64,000 nt of DNA from the human T2T-CHM13v2.0 reference genome, Homo sapiens, in NCBI RefSeq assembly GCF_009914755.1, contig NC_060937.1, one strand, 5' to 3'. The position numbers and the translations under genes were made by a program. Positions 29,076 through 42,200 of the stretch are shown here, piece after piece (position 1 is the stretch's first letter; each line of letters opens with the position of its first letter). Under the pieces are notes generated by a model. It made no database searches. It was not told the DNA's origin and worked only from the letters and a program-made list of their open reading frames with translations.

Positions 29076-29602
29076 GCTCACTAGCTGGGTGACAAGACTC
29101 AGTTGTACTCCAACCTCAGCAATGTGCCATTTACCCATGTAACAGACCTGCACATGTACCCCTGAACCTAAAAGTAAAAAAAGAAAAGTTAAAAAAAAAA
29201 AAAAAAGACGCAATGCTTTATTATTTATCAGCCATGGGGGCATGGTGAGGATATGAGGATTTTTCTTGCACAGGAACAAATGATGATGATCAGGAATGGA
29301 CAGAACAGTAATTAGGGAATGAGGGGGAGGAGCTGAGATGATAAATTCAATTGTAGACATTTTCAATTTGAAGGACTTGCAAGGCCCATGAGTGAAGGTG
29401 TTCAGAGTGCTGCTGGAAGATTAGGACTAAAAACTGTTGGGTTGAAGATACCAGTTTGCAAGTGAGTCACACAGAGATGACAGCTGAAGACTTGAGAGTG
29501 GATGCAGCTGCCAATGAAGAAAATGCAGACGCTGAGAAGAGGTGACCTTAAACAGAACACTGGGACATGTAAGATCATAGGAATAGAAACAGGAAGATGA
29601 TA

Positions 29603-29906
29603 GTATTTGTCTGCAAGGGCTACCATAACAAAATACGACATTCTGGGTGGCTTACAAAACAGAAATGTATTTTCTCACAATTCTGGAGGCTGGAAGTCTG
29701 AGATTGAGGAATGGGCAGGTTTTATTTCTCCTGAGGACTCTCTCTTTCGCTTGCAGATGGCGACTTTCTCACTGTGTCCTCACATGGTCTTTTCTCTGTG
29801 CACTTGAATCTCTGCTATCTCTTTCTCTTCTGAAAAGGTCATAGGTCCTATTGGATTAAGGCCCCACACTTATGGCCTCAGAGGAGGCACATGTCAGTCC
29901 CTAACA
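29603..29906 (-). mobile_element. MLT1A/B-type MaLR LTR
   Basis: 'agggctaccataacaaaatac...aacagaaatgtattttctcacaattctggaggctggaagtc...ttgcagatggcgactttctcactgtgtcctcacatgg'. Confidence 0.85.
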
Positions 29907-30098
29907 ATGACAGAGACAAAAGCACCTATGTACAGGCGTCTGAAGGCAAAGAGAAAAACTCAGGGCAGCCCTGAGCGTGGAGGCCCAGGGAACCAAAAGT
30001 GAAGGGTGCAGGCCAACAGCGTCAAGTTCATGCTAGAAAAACTATCAACCGAGCTGAGGAGAGCTGAGAAACTAGAGAAACGAAGTTTAGAACATTAC

Positions 30099-30422
30099 TT
30101 TTTTGAGACAGGGTCTCATTCTGTTACCCAAGTTGGAGTGCAATGACATGGTCATGGCTCACTGCAGTATTGACCTCCCAGGCTCAAGCAATTCTCCCAC
30201 GTCAACCCCCAAAAGTAGTTGGAACTATGGGTGTGGCCACCATGCCAGGCTATTGTTTATTTTTTATTTATTTATTTATTTTTGTATTTTTGTATGTCTT
30301 GTAGAGACATGGCCCCACTCTGTTGCTCAGGCTAGTCTCAAACGCCTGAGTTCAAGAGATCCGCCCGCCGCCTTGGCCTCCCAAAGTATTGAGATTACAG
30401 GCATGCGCCACTGCTCCCAGCC
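30099..30422 (-). mobile_element. AluJ element
   Basis: Diverged reverse Alu with AluJ-type 'catggctcactgcag' and 'ggctcaagcaat'. Confidence 0.9.
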
Positions 30423-30432
30423 AGAAAATTCT

Positions 30433-30728
<296 letters not shown>

Positions 30729-31869
30729 CAGAAAATTCTTTCTCAAAGTTTGTCTCTGAAAGGGAGGAAAAGTGAGAGTTTGTTGAAAGAGAATTTAATG
30801 TTGATCAAAGCATTTGTTTTGTTAGGGGAAAGTAGAGCATATTTTAATGCTGCTGAAAAAGGGGCGTTAGAGTGGAAGTGTGAGGATTGAAGACCCTTCA
30901 TAATATCTCCACACATTGTGAGAGAATCCGGGGTGAAGTGGAGGGTTTAAGGATTCCCATGTGGCTGCCCACTGTCCACCTAGTTCCGTGAATTTTCCCA
31001 GGAATGTCTATTAGCCCTGTTTCAGATAGAGAGGTGTCAGTGATTTTTCTTTTTTTTAAATTTTAAACTCTAGACCTTTTTCAAGGGAGTGTGATAGAAT
31101 AAAATTGAGAAAATGAGCTTAGGGATTAAGCAAAGGAGTTGTCAAGGTTCATGGACCATGCACTCCAAGTTGCCTGGGGAAGACAGTTTTTATTTATTTA
31201 ACAACATTTACGTAATAAAGCTCATGAGGTTCCAGGCTGTGTTCTAAAAACTTTACAAAAATTAACTAATGTAAGCAATGACTGAAGCAGAATGAGAAAT
31301 ATGAGAATTTAGAGTGTCAAATGGAGGACCTAAAAAATTAAAAAAATCATTACTGGGACCAAATTAGATGCTAAACACTAATACACTGCCTCGTGTTTTG
31401 TTCTTCAGATTCTTAGGAACACCATGTAAACCTATAATCATAAGTAAGTTGATATTAAAGTTCTTTTCTGACTCAAGGATTATGTGTTTAGATCTAAAAC
31501 TAAAGATTTTATGTAGCTCAAAGTTCTGATCATAAAAAATTCACAGTCTTCTTATTTGACAGCTTATTAAGTACAAGAGCCTTGGGTCCCTTTCTTATCC
31601 TGTTGGGGAAACTTCAAACAGACATTTTGGTAGACATGGTAAGCCTGATTGGATTTGCAGTCTTGTCTATAAATTATTCAGTCCATCCTCTGAATGTAGG
31701 CAAGACAGTCTGCTCTTAACTCATGCTAATCTCTATTAGAATTTTGTTCTAATTCTCAGGCTTATGGGTTTTCAATATGTGTTTATTTTTTTTTTCAGCC
31801 ACAAAGAAAAAGAGGACATTAGATCAGCCTGAATACATTTGAAGTTGCTACTTCTGGTGCTTAATTGTT

Positions 31870-31871
<2 letters not shown>

Positions 31872-31917
<46 letters not shown>
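31872..31917. repeat. (TG)n microsatellite
   Basis: Directly visible. Confidence 0.99.
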
Positions 31918-31918
<1 letters not shown>

Positions 31919-31995
31919 ATATATATATGCAAATGCATATATTGTTTTATTTACATGTAAATATATATGTTTTAATTATCAGTACTATTATTACT

Positions 31996-32217
31996 ATTTT
32001 TGAGACAAGGTCTCACTGTATAACCCAGGCACAGTCATGGCTCACTGCATCACCCAGGCACAATCATGGCTCACTGCAGCCTCAATATCCCAGTTCAAGT
32101 AATCCTCCCATTTCACCATCCCAAGTAGCTGGGTCTACAGGCATGCACTACCATGCTTGGCTGATGTTCTCTACATTTTGTTTTTTGTTTTCGTTTTGTA
32201 GAGACAGGGTCTCACTG
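31996..32217 (-). mobile_element. Truncated AluJ fragment with an internal 29-bp tandem duplication
   Basis: Right Alu arm plus the start of the left arm; 'acccaggcaca(g/a)tcatggctcactgca' occurs at 32023-32049 and 32052-32078. Confidence 0.85.
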
Positions 32218-33220
32218 CTTCATTTTTTCTTCTTATCTGTATCAGTTGTCCCTCGAGCCATCTCTCTGCTCATTTTGAACTGATTAAAGTAAAATTCTGA
32301 ACTGCATATCTAGGCTGATTCTAAACTCCATCTGAAGTTTGAGTTTACTACTGATAGCTTTCTCTGTTTCCTGGCCATTGCTTTTTCTCTGCTTCAATAT
32401 GTTCCCAATAGTGAAATTAGTGGTAACAGCAACGTAGTAGAAAGGGGAGGGGAGGGAAAGCCACTGTTTTTGTTTTGTTTGTTTTGTTGCAGGGCAGGAA
32501 CAATGATATGTGGACCCAACTAATCAAAATGGCCTTTGTCTACCTCACGTGAAATACCTGAGTAGCAGTGGGCAATTTGGGAATGGGGAGGGGGAAGAAA
32601 AAACATACACAGAGACATAAAATCGCTTGTTTCTGTCAACTGCCTTTCCTTTCTTACATTATGGGATTAGATCAAGCAGGCGGACATCCAGACTCCAGTC
32701 CCTGGGAGAATTATGGTTCACACTTCGAACAGGCACTGCTGTCAGATGTTAAGACTACTGGCCTTTCCACTGCTCCTTTTTTCTTTGCTGTTGCCTAACA
32801 CAATATCCCTAAGTGAAAATAATGTGCGGTCTTGGAATTTCAATTCCCATACCAACTCTGCCCCTAAATAAAATCTGTTTTTTTATTAGTAATTTAGAGC
32901 TAATGTACTTTGCAGAGAGTCTCCCTGTTCTGAGGTTATTCATACCTGGAATGAAACTCTGAAATATCCAAAGAGAGGGACTAACTTTATCCAGCCACAA
33001 AACTCCCAGACTTCGATATTTGACTTCTAATGATATTCAAAAGTTCTTTCTTGCTTTCTCACCTTCCCGCCCTTCCTTCCTCCCTCCCTTCCTTTCTTCC
33101 TTCTTTTTTTATTTGAACATCTAAATATTTGATTTGGTTAAGTGCACTGCCCTGGATATTTGTACATTGTTCCGTGAAATTTTATTGATCAATAAATTCT
33201 AAACTGGGCAAAGAGCTAGT

Positions 33221-33360
33221 GTATATATACATATATATATATGTGTATATATATATATATACACATATATATATATGTGTATATATATATATACATATAT
33301 ATGTATATATATATACATATATATGTATATATATATATATACATATATATGTATATATAT
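33221..33360. repeat. (TA)n/(TATG)/(TACA) compound microsatellite
   Basis: Directly visible. Confidence 0.97.
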
Positions 33361-33578
33361 TTACTCTTGGAAGAATTAAACTGACATAAAAATAGTTGCA
33401 GAAAATAATTGCAAGAGAAAATTGCCTTCTGGTAATATTTCTCCTCTAGGATACTTCAAGAGGGTAAAATGTGTGCTAAAATTGAAATTCCAGAACATGT
33501 CTCTGAATATTATTCGTTAGTAGATAAATGTATAACCCAAATCCAGGATGCTAGAGTCATTGTACTCCTTTCTTTACA

Positions 33579-33869
33579 CAGGATGAGTATCCCTTATCTG
33601 GCATGCTTGGATCCAGAAGTGTTTCAGATTTGGGATTTATATACATGTAATGAGATATCTTGGGGATGGAACCCTAGTCTAAACACAAAATTCATTTATG
33701 TTTGATACATATGTTATACACATAGCCTGAAGGTAATTTTATGTAATATTATAAATAAAATATATGACCCCTCACATGAGGTTAGGTGTGGAATTTTCCA
33801 CTTGTGGCATTATGTGGTCACTCAAAAACTTAAGGATTTTAGATTTTCAAATCAGGGATGCTCAACCTG
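33579..33869. mobile_element. Tigger4/MER46-type TcMar DNA transposon (MITE)
   Basis: TIRs 'caggatgagtatccct' / 'agggatgctcaacctg', followed by TA. Confidence 0.85.
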
Positions 33870-34009
33870 TATATGTATCTTGAATGATGCACTGGTTAGA
33901 ATAAGGTACAAAGGGGTATTGAAGAATATACCTATTTGGTTTGTTCTTGAGCAATTTACCAAAACGTTCAGCCTAGGGCCTCATTAGCAAGGTCATATAT
34001 ATTAGTTTT

Positions 34010-34175
34010 GGAGAAAAATAGGCTTGGTATATATATCCAGGTTCACCAAATTAGCAGCTGTGTGACCTCAGGCAAATTAAGCCACCTCTCTGGGTTGTGA
34101 TCCTCTAATATCTAAATTTGTGAGAGTGATAGGCCACTTTTGAAATTATTTTGTATAGATTTTATAAGATAATGG
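34010..34175 (+). mobile_element. MIR
   Basis: Core 'tagcagctgtgtgacctcaggcaaattaagccacctctctggg'. Confidence 0.7.
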
Positions 34176-34499
34176 ATGCAGAGTTCAAATGAATAATAAA
34201 ACATAACTTTGCTTAAAGAATAAAATTTTAGTACACATGTATACAAAAAAACAGAATGTAGAATCTGTCCTTAAAACTTGCATGTTTAATACTACCTCAT
34301 TTTATCTTATACGTTTGGAATTTCCCCTAACATCCATAGAAATTATGGCTAAATTATCAAACAGCCCTGAGGGTTTTTCTAATTAAAGAAATTAAGAAAA
34401 AAGCCTAACAGTTTTTCTTTGTAAATTTATTTTAAACAACAAGGACTAATGATATCTATTTATGATACACAACATGCTGTTTTGATATATACTTTACAC

Positions 34500-34805
34500 T
34501 CCATGTTCTTGGGTTTGGCTTTTGGCAGAATGAACCAATTATTACAGATAAAAAATATTTGAAGAAAAATTTTAAAAAAGTACAACAGTAAAAATAATAC
34601 AAATAAAAATAATATAGTATAACAGCTATTTACATAGCATCTACATTGTATTAGTTATTATAAGTAACATTGAGATTAATGTGTACAGGAGGACATAGGT
34701 TACATGCAAATATCACACCATTTTATATAAGGGACTTGAACATTCCAGAATTTTGGTGTTCAGCGGGTGTTGGAACCAATCTCCCATGGCTGTCAAAGAA
34801 TTACA
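34500..34805. mobile_element. Tigger3 (Golem/MER7)-type DNA transposon
   Basis: 'agtataacagctatttacatagcatctacattgtattag...atgcaaatatcacaccattttatataagggacttgaaca...ggaaccaatctcccatgg'. Confidence 0.8.
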
Positions 34806-35534
34806 TTATGCATACATGTTAGAATGTTTAAATCAAACTGGTTAACCACTTTTCTAAGAAAAACTTTTAGGGCTCAATCTTACAGCTTATTTTTTCAACA
34901 CAGGGAGATCTAACTTGGGCTCAATACGTGAAGTTCATCCTTCTTGCCTTGATAATTCATTTGGAAGTAAGACTGTGGAAGCCACTTTACCAGCTCCACG
35001 GAGAATGGGGTAAGTCTCCACTACCCCTCTCCACCAAGACCCCTTACTTTCCTTCTCCTTGGTCTTAAATAAACAGACACACACAAAAACAGACATAAAC
35101 AGAGATAGACAGATGGCTAGGATGGATAGATAGATAGATAGGTAGTTAAATTTAAATGTTTCAAATAATTTAAATTCAATATTTGGACAGGTATTTATTA
35201 TGAATAAATTCTGTTGGCTTATAATCAAGTCAATTAAAAACTTGAAGCTATTTTTAATTTATAGCACTAACATATTGACAGAAATTAAATCCTGAGGCAT
35301 TAGAAATATCTGAGGCAATATTCTAATTTCTCTTTCTCTATGTCTTATTTATTTGCTTTAAGATTTGTATGAATTTATTTAATCACTTTATCGCTTATCC
35401 AAGAAGTTGAAATTTTTTTACCTCTAAAAAATGCTGAAGTGAAATTTTTCTCCATTTGTAATCTCAAGAGGTGCTTAGAAGGCACATAAGAAATATATAA
35501 AGCACTCAGGCTTTACATTAGAAAACTTACCTAA

Positions 35535-35819
<285 letters not shown>

Positions 35820-38214
35820 TATCATTTCTAAATGGTAAGAAAAAAACAACACATTTATACCCATCCAGTTAGTTATGCTGTGAATTTGCTCTATAGAAAT
35901 AATATATGGGAATGAAAAAATTTCACCGAACTATTCATAATTCTTTACTTCTTGTGTCAAAAATAAGGGTTCGAGTTCATTGTTTTTTATGAAACATTAT
36001 CGAAAGTTGATGTCTGAGACTTTTGATTGTCCCCAATCATTTAATTGGGGCAATAAACCCCAGGAAATGGAATCTGTCTACCAAGAAGGCAATACAAATT
36101 CTGCCACTTCATAAGAAACTACAACTTTTTGGGCATGTAGCATAAAAATTAGAGATAATTTATTAGAACATTATATGAACTTTGCTTCTGGAGATCATAA
36201 AACATTTAGGGCAGTTTTCTTCACTTTTTCATCTTCAAAACATGAAAAACATTTTTTACTGAATAAAAATGCAGTATGTTCAAGTGTCATAGAATGTTTG
36301 CTCATTAAATATTTGCTTGTAAGTTTGGAAAGTGCATCTTGTAGGTGTCATATGCTTGGATGTTCCAGGAAGCGCTATAATTACTGAGAGGCTCAATACT
36401 TCAAAAGACCATGCCCTCTATTATATAGTAAATGCACTGAATCTTCGAAAAGAGTTGACAAGTTCGTCAATAAATAAGTCTTTGTATCCTGTAGCGTATA
36501 AATAAAATGCCAGTTAGAAAGTAGATGTTATTTAACAATGGCAAACAGATGATTTTTGATAAGAAACCTGAGTTTTGCTCTTTGCCAAACCAAAATTTGT
36601 GAAAAACAATAGAATAGTATATTGCACTATTTAGATATCAATCATCAGATGTTGTCTGCAAGACTGTCATTTCTATGAATTGGAAACCCCACTTGAAATT
36701 TATAAATAAAAACAATTTACATTTTCTGCAACTCTTGCCCTTTAGAAACAAAACTTATGAGGGAAGCATTTCAAGTTATCTTTTGACTTTACAAAAATGT
36801 TATTTTATAACACTAAACCTTTTTTTTTCTTTTCTTATTTTGTCACTACAGCCCAAACTAAGAATCCTGGTTTTGAAAGATTTTTGTGCCTCTGCTTAAT
36901 CCCTGGTCATTTGCTTTTCTTTATTTCACATTTTGCTCTGGTTTCACCTTCTTAGCCCAATCATCCTTTATTTTTAGCCCATACTTCACTGGCTATGCCA
37001 TCTGGAAATATTATTAGATGAGTAAAAATTACATTTCTGCTGAAAGACTAAGGATTATCCGAAACATTATTTGATGATGTATCATCCTACAGAATGTAAT
37101 ACTAAAACTGTCACATACTATGTCACACTAGCACCAACTATCATATCACACCTGCGTAGGCCTCTCCATCAAGTTCTGATTACTGTCAACAAGAGGTTAG
37201 CGATGGAGGGAGAGAGTCAAATTTGTAGAATAATGGCATCTGACATGTCTCTGCAGCTGGCAGAGACATGCAACAGATGAAAAGGTAGCACATAATATAA
37301 CTTTCATTTCTCAGCAAAGGCATATACTCTACTGTGGAACATTTCAACAACTGCTTATGACTTCTGTTAGATTTTCCTTTTTCTCCTAAAATGCAATTAA
37401 ATACAGGAAGGCTGTTCTATATTCTGTATAAATATTTGTGACAATTCAAAATGAGCACTTCCTAACTATTCACAGTGCAGTGAATTTTTTCCTTCTTGGG
37501 CAAAATCCCCATTGCTTTTGCATGGTCTGAATTTCTATGTTCAAGGTTGAAACCTCTTTGCCAAAACATCTCATCTCAATCTTCTAACCTCCTCTGTCTC
37601 ATCTTTGAACTTAGAAAACGAGATATTTCTGCTTAAGTGTGAGCTAAACAAATGAAAACAAAATCCTTTTGTATGAGCCCCCAAAGTGGAAAAGTCCTAC
37701 TTGCTGGCTGCCTGCTGATTTCTGATTGTACTGCTGTTAATAAGCACAGAACCTCTCCTTATGTACTTTGCACTTAAATCCCCCTTTGGGATTTAGTAGT
37801 AGAGTGGGATGGAGGAATGTAAACTTCCTTTATTTTTGAACTCTCATTTTCGGTCTTTCCCTAGTCCATAGAGAAGATGATGAATCAGAATGAATTGATG
37901 AAAAATATAAGACACTCTTGTAACCCCATTTCCAGAGAATATCTTATGACTATGTACATTTAATGTACACATAGATCTGTAATACAAGCTCTTCATATCT
38001 GCCATAACTTTCTGATTGCCCAACTATGGTTTGGAAGCATAGATCACGAATAGCATTTTATCTTTATAATTATTCATAAAGGTAAAGAGTTTCTGCAAAT
38101 GGGTTCCCTTTGGATTTATAAATGTGAAACATTGTTTCCTTCCTAACTGGCAGGTTTTTGGGAAGAAAAATTTAGAATATATCAGATTAAAATAGGATGC
38201 TGAATACTATTTTA

Positions 38215-38275
38215 ATCAAGGACTGTATCAAGGACTTTAAAGTATCAAGGACTTTATCAAGGACTTCAAAGTATC
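38215..38275. repeat. Higher-order tandem repeat, (12+17 bp)x2, core ATCAAGGACT
   Basis: atcaaggactgt|atcaaggactttaaagt|atcaaggacttt|atcaaggacttcaaagt|atc. Confidence 0.9.
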
Positions 38276-39829
38276 CCTGTTGTATAAAGGACTCATACGT
38301 GCTTACTCATATCCTATGTGTTAAACATTTGGCAGTGGGGCTTTCAGTCAACAATTGAACCTATAAAACGACCTAAGATTTTGTTCTTTACGACATCCAG
38401 TAGTCAGACAAGAATCTGTAGATACTGAGCTTTAAATTTTAGCTTAGTCAAGTTTGATGTATTTTGAGATGCATAATAGAAGTGTAAAGAGTTTTACTAA
38501 TTTCCAATCACAAAAAAGTGAAGATTTTTGCTAAAGAATATTAAAGTTGCAAATTTAATATTCTGGCAGGCTTATACCTGCTGCAATATTTTGTGCTGGG
38601 TAGGCGTGCAATAAATGTTGGCAGGCTGCATTCATAAAGTAAGACAATCACTTCATTATTTTAAACATGGTTTATATCAAAGCCTTAAATGTACAATTTA
38701 ATGTTAGGAAGCACTGGTTAAGATTCTAAATATGCTATTCATATGTTGGTCATTTTTTTTTGCATGTGATTTTATGCTTTTAAAAAACAAAAGAAAAAAA
38801 AGCCAGACCTCTACCTCAAAGAAGGGCTTCAAACATTACTGGAAGCGTTTATGACAAAAGCTTTGATCCCTCTGCACATCCAGTAAATACAAAACATTAC
38901 TATGTTTTAAGGATGTGCTTATATGCCCACATTATGACTCTAACAAATGTTTTAAACTACATTTTGAAAGTTATTGGTTTGGTAAAGTTCCAAATACATT
39001 TCTTCTTAAGTTACCAACACTAACCCTATGAGCTTCAAAGTATGATGATTTTACATATTGCAAGGGGTTATGCATGCAAAACTTGACTCTGTTTCACAGA
39101 CATATTGTGTCGTGTTTCAAATAATGAAAGTGCAAGGTGAATAGCTATAAAAATTAATGCACACACCCAGCAACTTTGATATAAGCACTGTTATAGACTA
39201 GCTTTGCACGTGAAGTCTGAAATTAGCTTAGAATACAATGGGAAATGCCTTATAATATTTATAATATTTTAGTGATACTGTAATTTCTGTTTAGTTCCAG
39301 TATGGCTAAATATTTTATACAAGGATGAGATAATGTTTTAGGACATACTCTAGAATATCATTTTACTTCTTTCACAAATTTTATCTATTCTTGGAAGCTG
39401 TTAGTGGGTGATTAGCTGTACAATGTTACAGCTCTGGTCTGACAGGTAGACTTGTGTGGTCATAGATAAACTAAGAAAAATGGATTTACTACTTACATAG
39501 TTACCAGTATTATTGCAATAAAATCCCCTAAACTATTTAGAACATTGGAAATACAGATCAGGTAATGGTATATACCAAAAAGTGAACATTTGCCTATTTT
39601 TTTAAAAAAAACTTCTCAGTTTTATTGACTAAAAGCAGTGTAGAACCAGTAAAGACCTTAGGGATCATCAGATGGTTATTTCCAAATTGTGCTATGCAGA
39701 GTCTTTGTCCTCTACTGTATGGTGTCAAGGACCTCCGAAGGGCAGGACATGAGAAGAACAAGTATATAGGATACCAACTATGTTTATTACCCTTTACTGT
39801 ATATTGGGGACTCTGTGCAAACTTTGTTT

Positions 39830-39830
<1 letters not shown>

Positions 39831-39861
<31 letters not shown>

Positions 39862-39873
39862 AACAGAGAGAGA
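39831..39873. repeat. (AG)n microsatellite
   Basis: Directly visible. Confidence 0.95.
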
Positions 39874-40249
39874 ATTTCCACTGCTTAAACAAATGAAACC
39901 AATTTAAGGCAATTTTCTCTGTTTAGAGATAAAACATACCAGTGCTTTACAGGGAGGCAAAATGATTTCTTTTTGCTTAATTGTGCTTGTTTATTGACAT
40001 TTTACAATTCGGTTGCCCTCTACAGCTTCTGTGGTTTTGAACCTATATGGACTTAAAACAACACTGGTTGTTGTTACATATACATATATTACAACACATC
40101 GGTTCAATTTTAAGATATACAACACTTTTAACTTGTTTGTTATTAGGAGTCAGAATATTAGAAAATGGTATACTGTGTTTTCGATTTGTTAGTTCATTTT
40201 ATGTGTTTATTCAATCAGTAAACTTTCAAGGAGGGCTTCCTTTTGACAG

Positions 40250-40287
40250 GTGCTTGGAAATTAACTATAAATTGGAAAAACCTACAG
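40250..40287 (+). other. Candidate 38-nt micro-exon
   Basis: Acceptor 'cttccttttgacag|G' and consensus donor 'CAG|GTAAGT'. Sequence signals only. Confidence 0.3.
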
Positions 40288-41944
40288 GTAAGTATATGAT
40301 TATTATAAATCCTTCAAGGATCATGACAGAGGTGTCTGCAAAAAAATATGAGGAAAAGGAAAGGAAAAACCATACGTAGGGGCAAGTGAGGGTGGGGGAG
40401 GGTGTATGAAAAGCTGATTCTTGGTTCGGGAATTTTCCTTAGAGAGACATTGGTTAGAAATATGAACAGAAATTGGAATGGTCCAGGTATTTAAGGCCAA
40501 GGACTTTTTCTCAGATGCCCTTTGGTGAAGACACTCCATGCTGGAACATAAAAGTAAGGGAAGTACGCGACAGGGAGTGGAGGGCTGAAGCCCACCTTCC
40601 TGAGAAACTGCCTTCTGCAGCTTCAACTCCACCTTCGTCTTTATCCTTTCTTTCTCTTTTTATCTTGGATCTTTCTCGCGTATCAGAGGCCGGGGGATTT
40701 TGAACAAGGTTGCTAGCTGCATTTTTTTGCAATAAAATGCTGCTGGATATTGATGACCAAACTTTATAACATATGCTTACATAATACTGCAATGTATGTA
40801 ATATGAAATGCCATTATATGAGTGTATATTATAGTAGTAGATAGTAATAAGTTTTATATAGTTTTTGATAATTTAATGAAATGTGTCCACTCATCAAAAG
40901 AGCTGATGAATCCAGTGTGAAGGAGAAACTGGTAAGCAATAAGGATTGGCTAAATTTGTGGTACAGGGAGCCACTAGCAGAACAAAGCTGAACAGGAGGG
41001 TTCAGTCAAGGAGCAGAGGCTGGCTGGCCAAAGAATCAGGCAGGAACACAGCTGTCTTACCAAACAGAAGGAAATGGAAGGGCCACATCTTCATTCAGAC
41101 AATTGACTAACCAGGAGACAGAAAGGATTACCGTAAAAGGGTCTGATTTGTAGGTGTCAGGTAGCATTCTTAGCTAACATTATTATGATTTGGTTTATGA
41201 ACCACAGTGGGAGAATCATCTCATCCAGAGACAGGAGCTCTTGTGCAATTAAACTGGAATGAAACATCTTGTGTGTCCTTTTTACCTACCTCTCCCTAAC
41301 CTGTTCCCACTTACATACATTTGTTTTCTCTTTTTCTTGGCTTATTTCTGCTTAACTTGTCACAGCTCCTATCTGAAGTCCTGGTATTTCGCTTTGCCTC
41401 ATCTCCTACTTCTGTCATTTGCATGATGTGCTGATTTAAATATCCATCTGCTGACTTTTATCACCACCCATTCTCAACACAATTCTGTGCCTCAGAAATT
41501 GTAGGCTTGCCATGTTCTTGTTCCAGAAACCACTGGGATAATAAAGTGAGCAGATTAGATGAACTACAGAAGGGATGGGCCTGAGGCACAGCGGCCTGCT
41601 CCTCTCCCGGATCTTGCTAAGGCAGGGCCCACCTTCCTCCCTCTTGCTTGTTATTCCTTGGACAATGCTTGTATTTATGTGGAATTGCAGAGGACTTAAT
41701 GTTGCCTTTCATATTGTAAATATGTGGCATTGTGGCATCCCACCTTAGCTGCTGGTATTTTCCACAGTTCTAGTAAATTTGACTTTTTATTCCCCTGAAA
41801 GCAAATTGTTTCACAATAAATCTAAATCCAAATTGAAGGATTCTAGCACACATCACATTTAGGTAAATGAGTTTCCCATGATATTAACTGATTTGGGTTC
41901 AGTGAAGTGGAAAGCACGATAGTGGTAGGAAAACCGTTTTCATG

Positions 41945-42200
41945 TAGCAGAAAGAGAATGAACGTGGAAAGAGCACCTTTGAGTTTGATTCCAGGCTTGG
42001 GTGAATTTCTTACAATTGAACCTCAGGTTAAGTAAGGATAAGTAAGTTGGCTCTTGAAGCTTAAGTTTCCCTACCTGTTAAAGGGGATTATTTACAGCCC
42101 CCATCTCACTGAGTTTAAGTAATAATTAAATGCTAGAAACAATGTAAAAGTGTCTAGTTAAACACACAGCATATTCAAGCACCCAATGCCCACTTATTAA
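41945..42200 (+). mobile_element. MIR
   Basis: 'gagtttgattccaggct', 'cttaagtttccctacctgttaaaggggatta' and 'atgtaaaagtgtctag'. Confidence 0.6.

Larger units (their letters stand above)
28316..29206 (+). mobile_element. L1PB/L1MA-type 3' end fragment split by MER41B
   Basis: 'agtgggagctaaatagtgagta|cacattg...ggggactactag...gtactatgctcactagctgggtgac...catgtaacagacctgcacatgtacccctgaacctaaaag' plus poly(A). Confidence 0.85.
27400..30060 (-). mobile_element. L2 fragment(s) hosting the minisatellite, L1/MER41 and MLT1 insertions
   Basis: Antisense L2 motifs: 'aacccagacgagatagtgggtggc', 'gtggtcggatttgaga', 'gatgataaattcaattgtagacattttcaatttgaagg', 'agagatgacagctgaagacttgagagtggatg'. Confidence 0.6.

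Noticed and set aside
36027-36053. Short hairpin ccccaat/attgggg (similarly catatca/tgatatg near 49573-49596)
   Set aside because: 7-bp stems are expected by chance.
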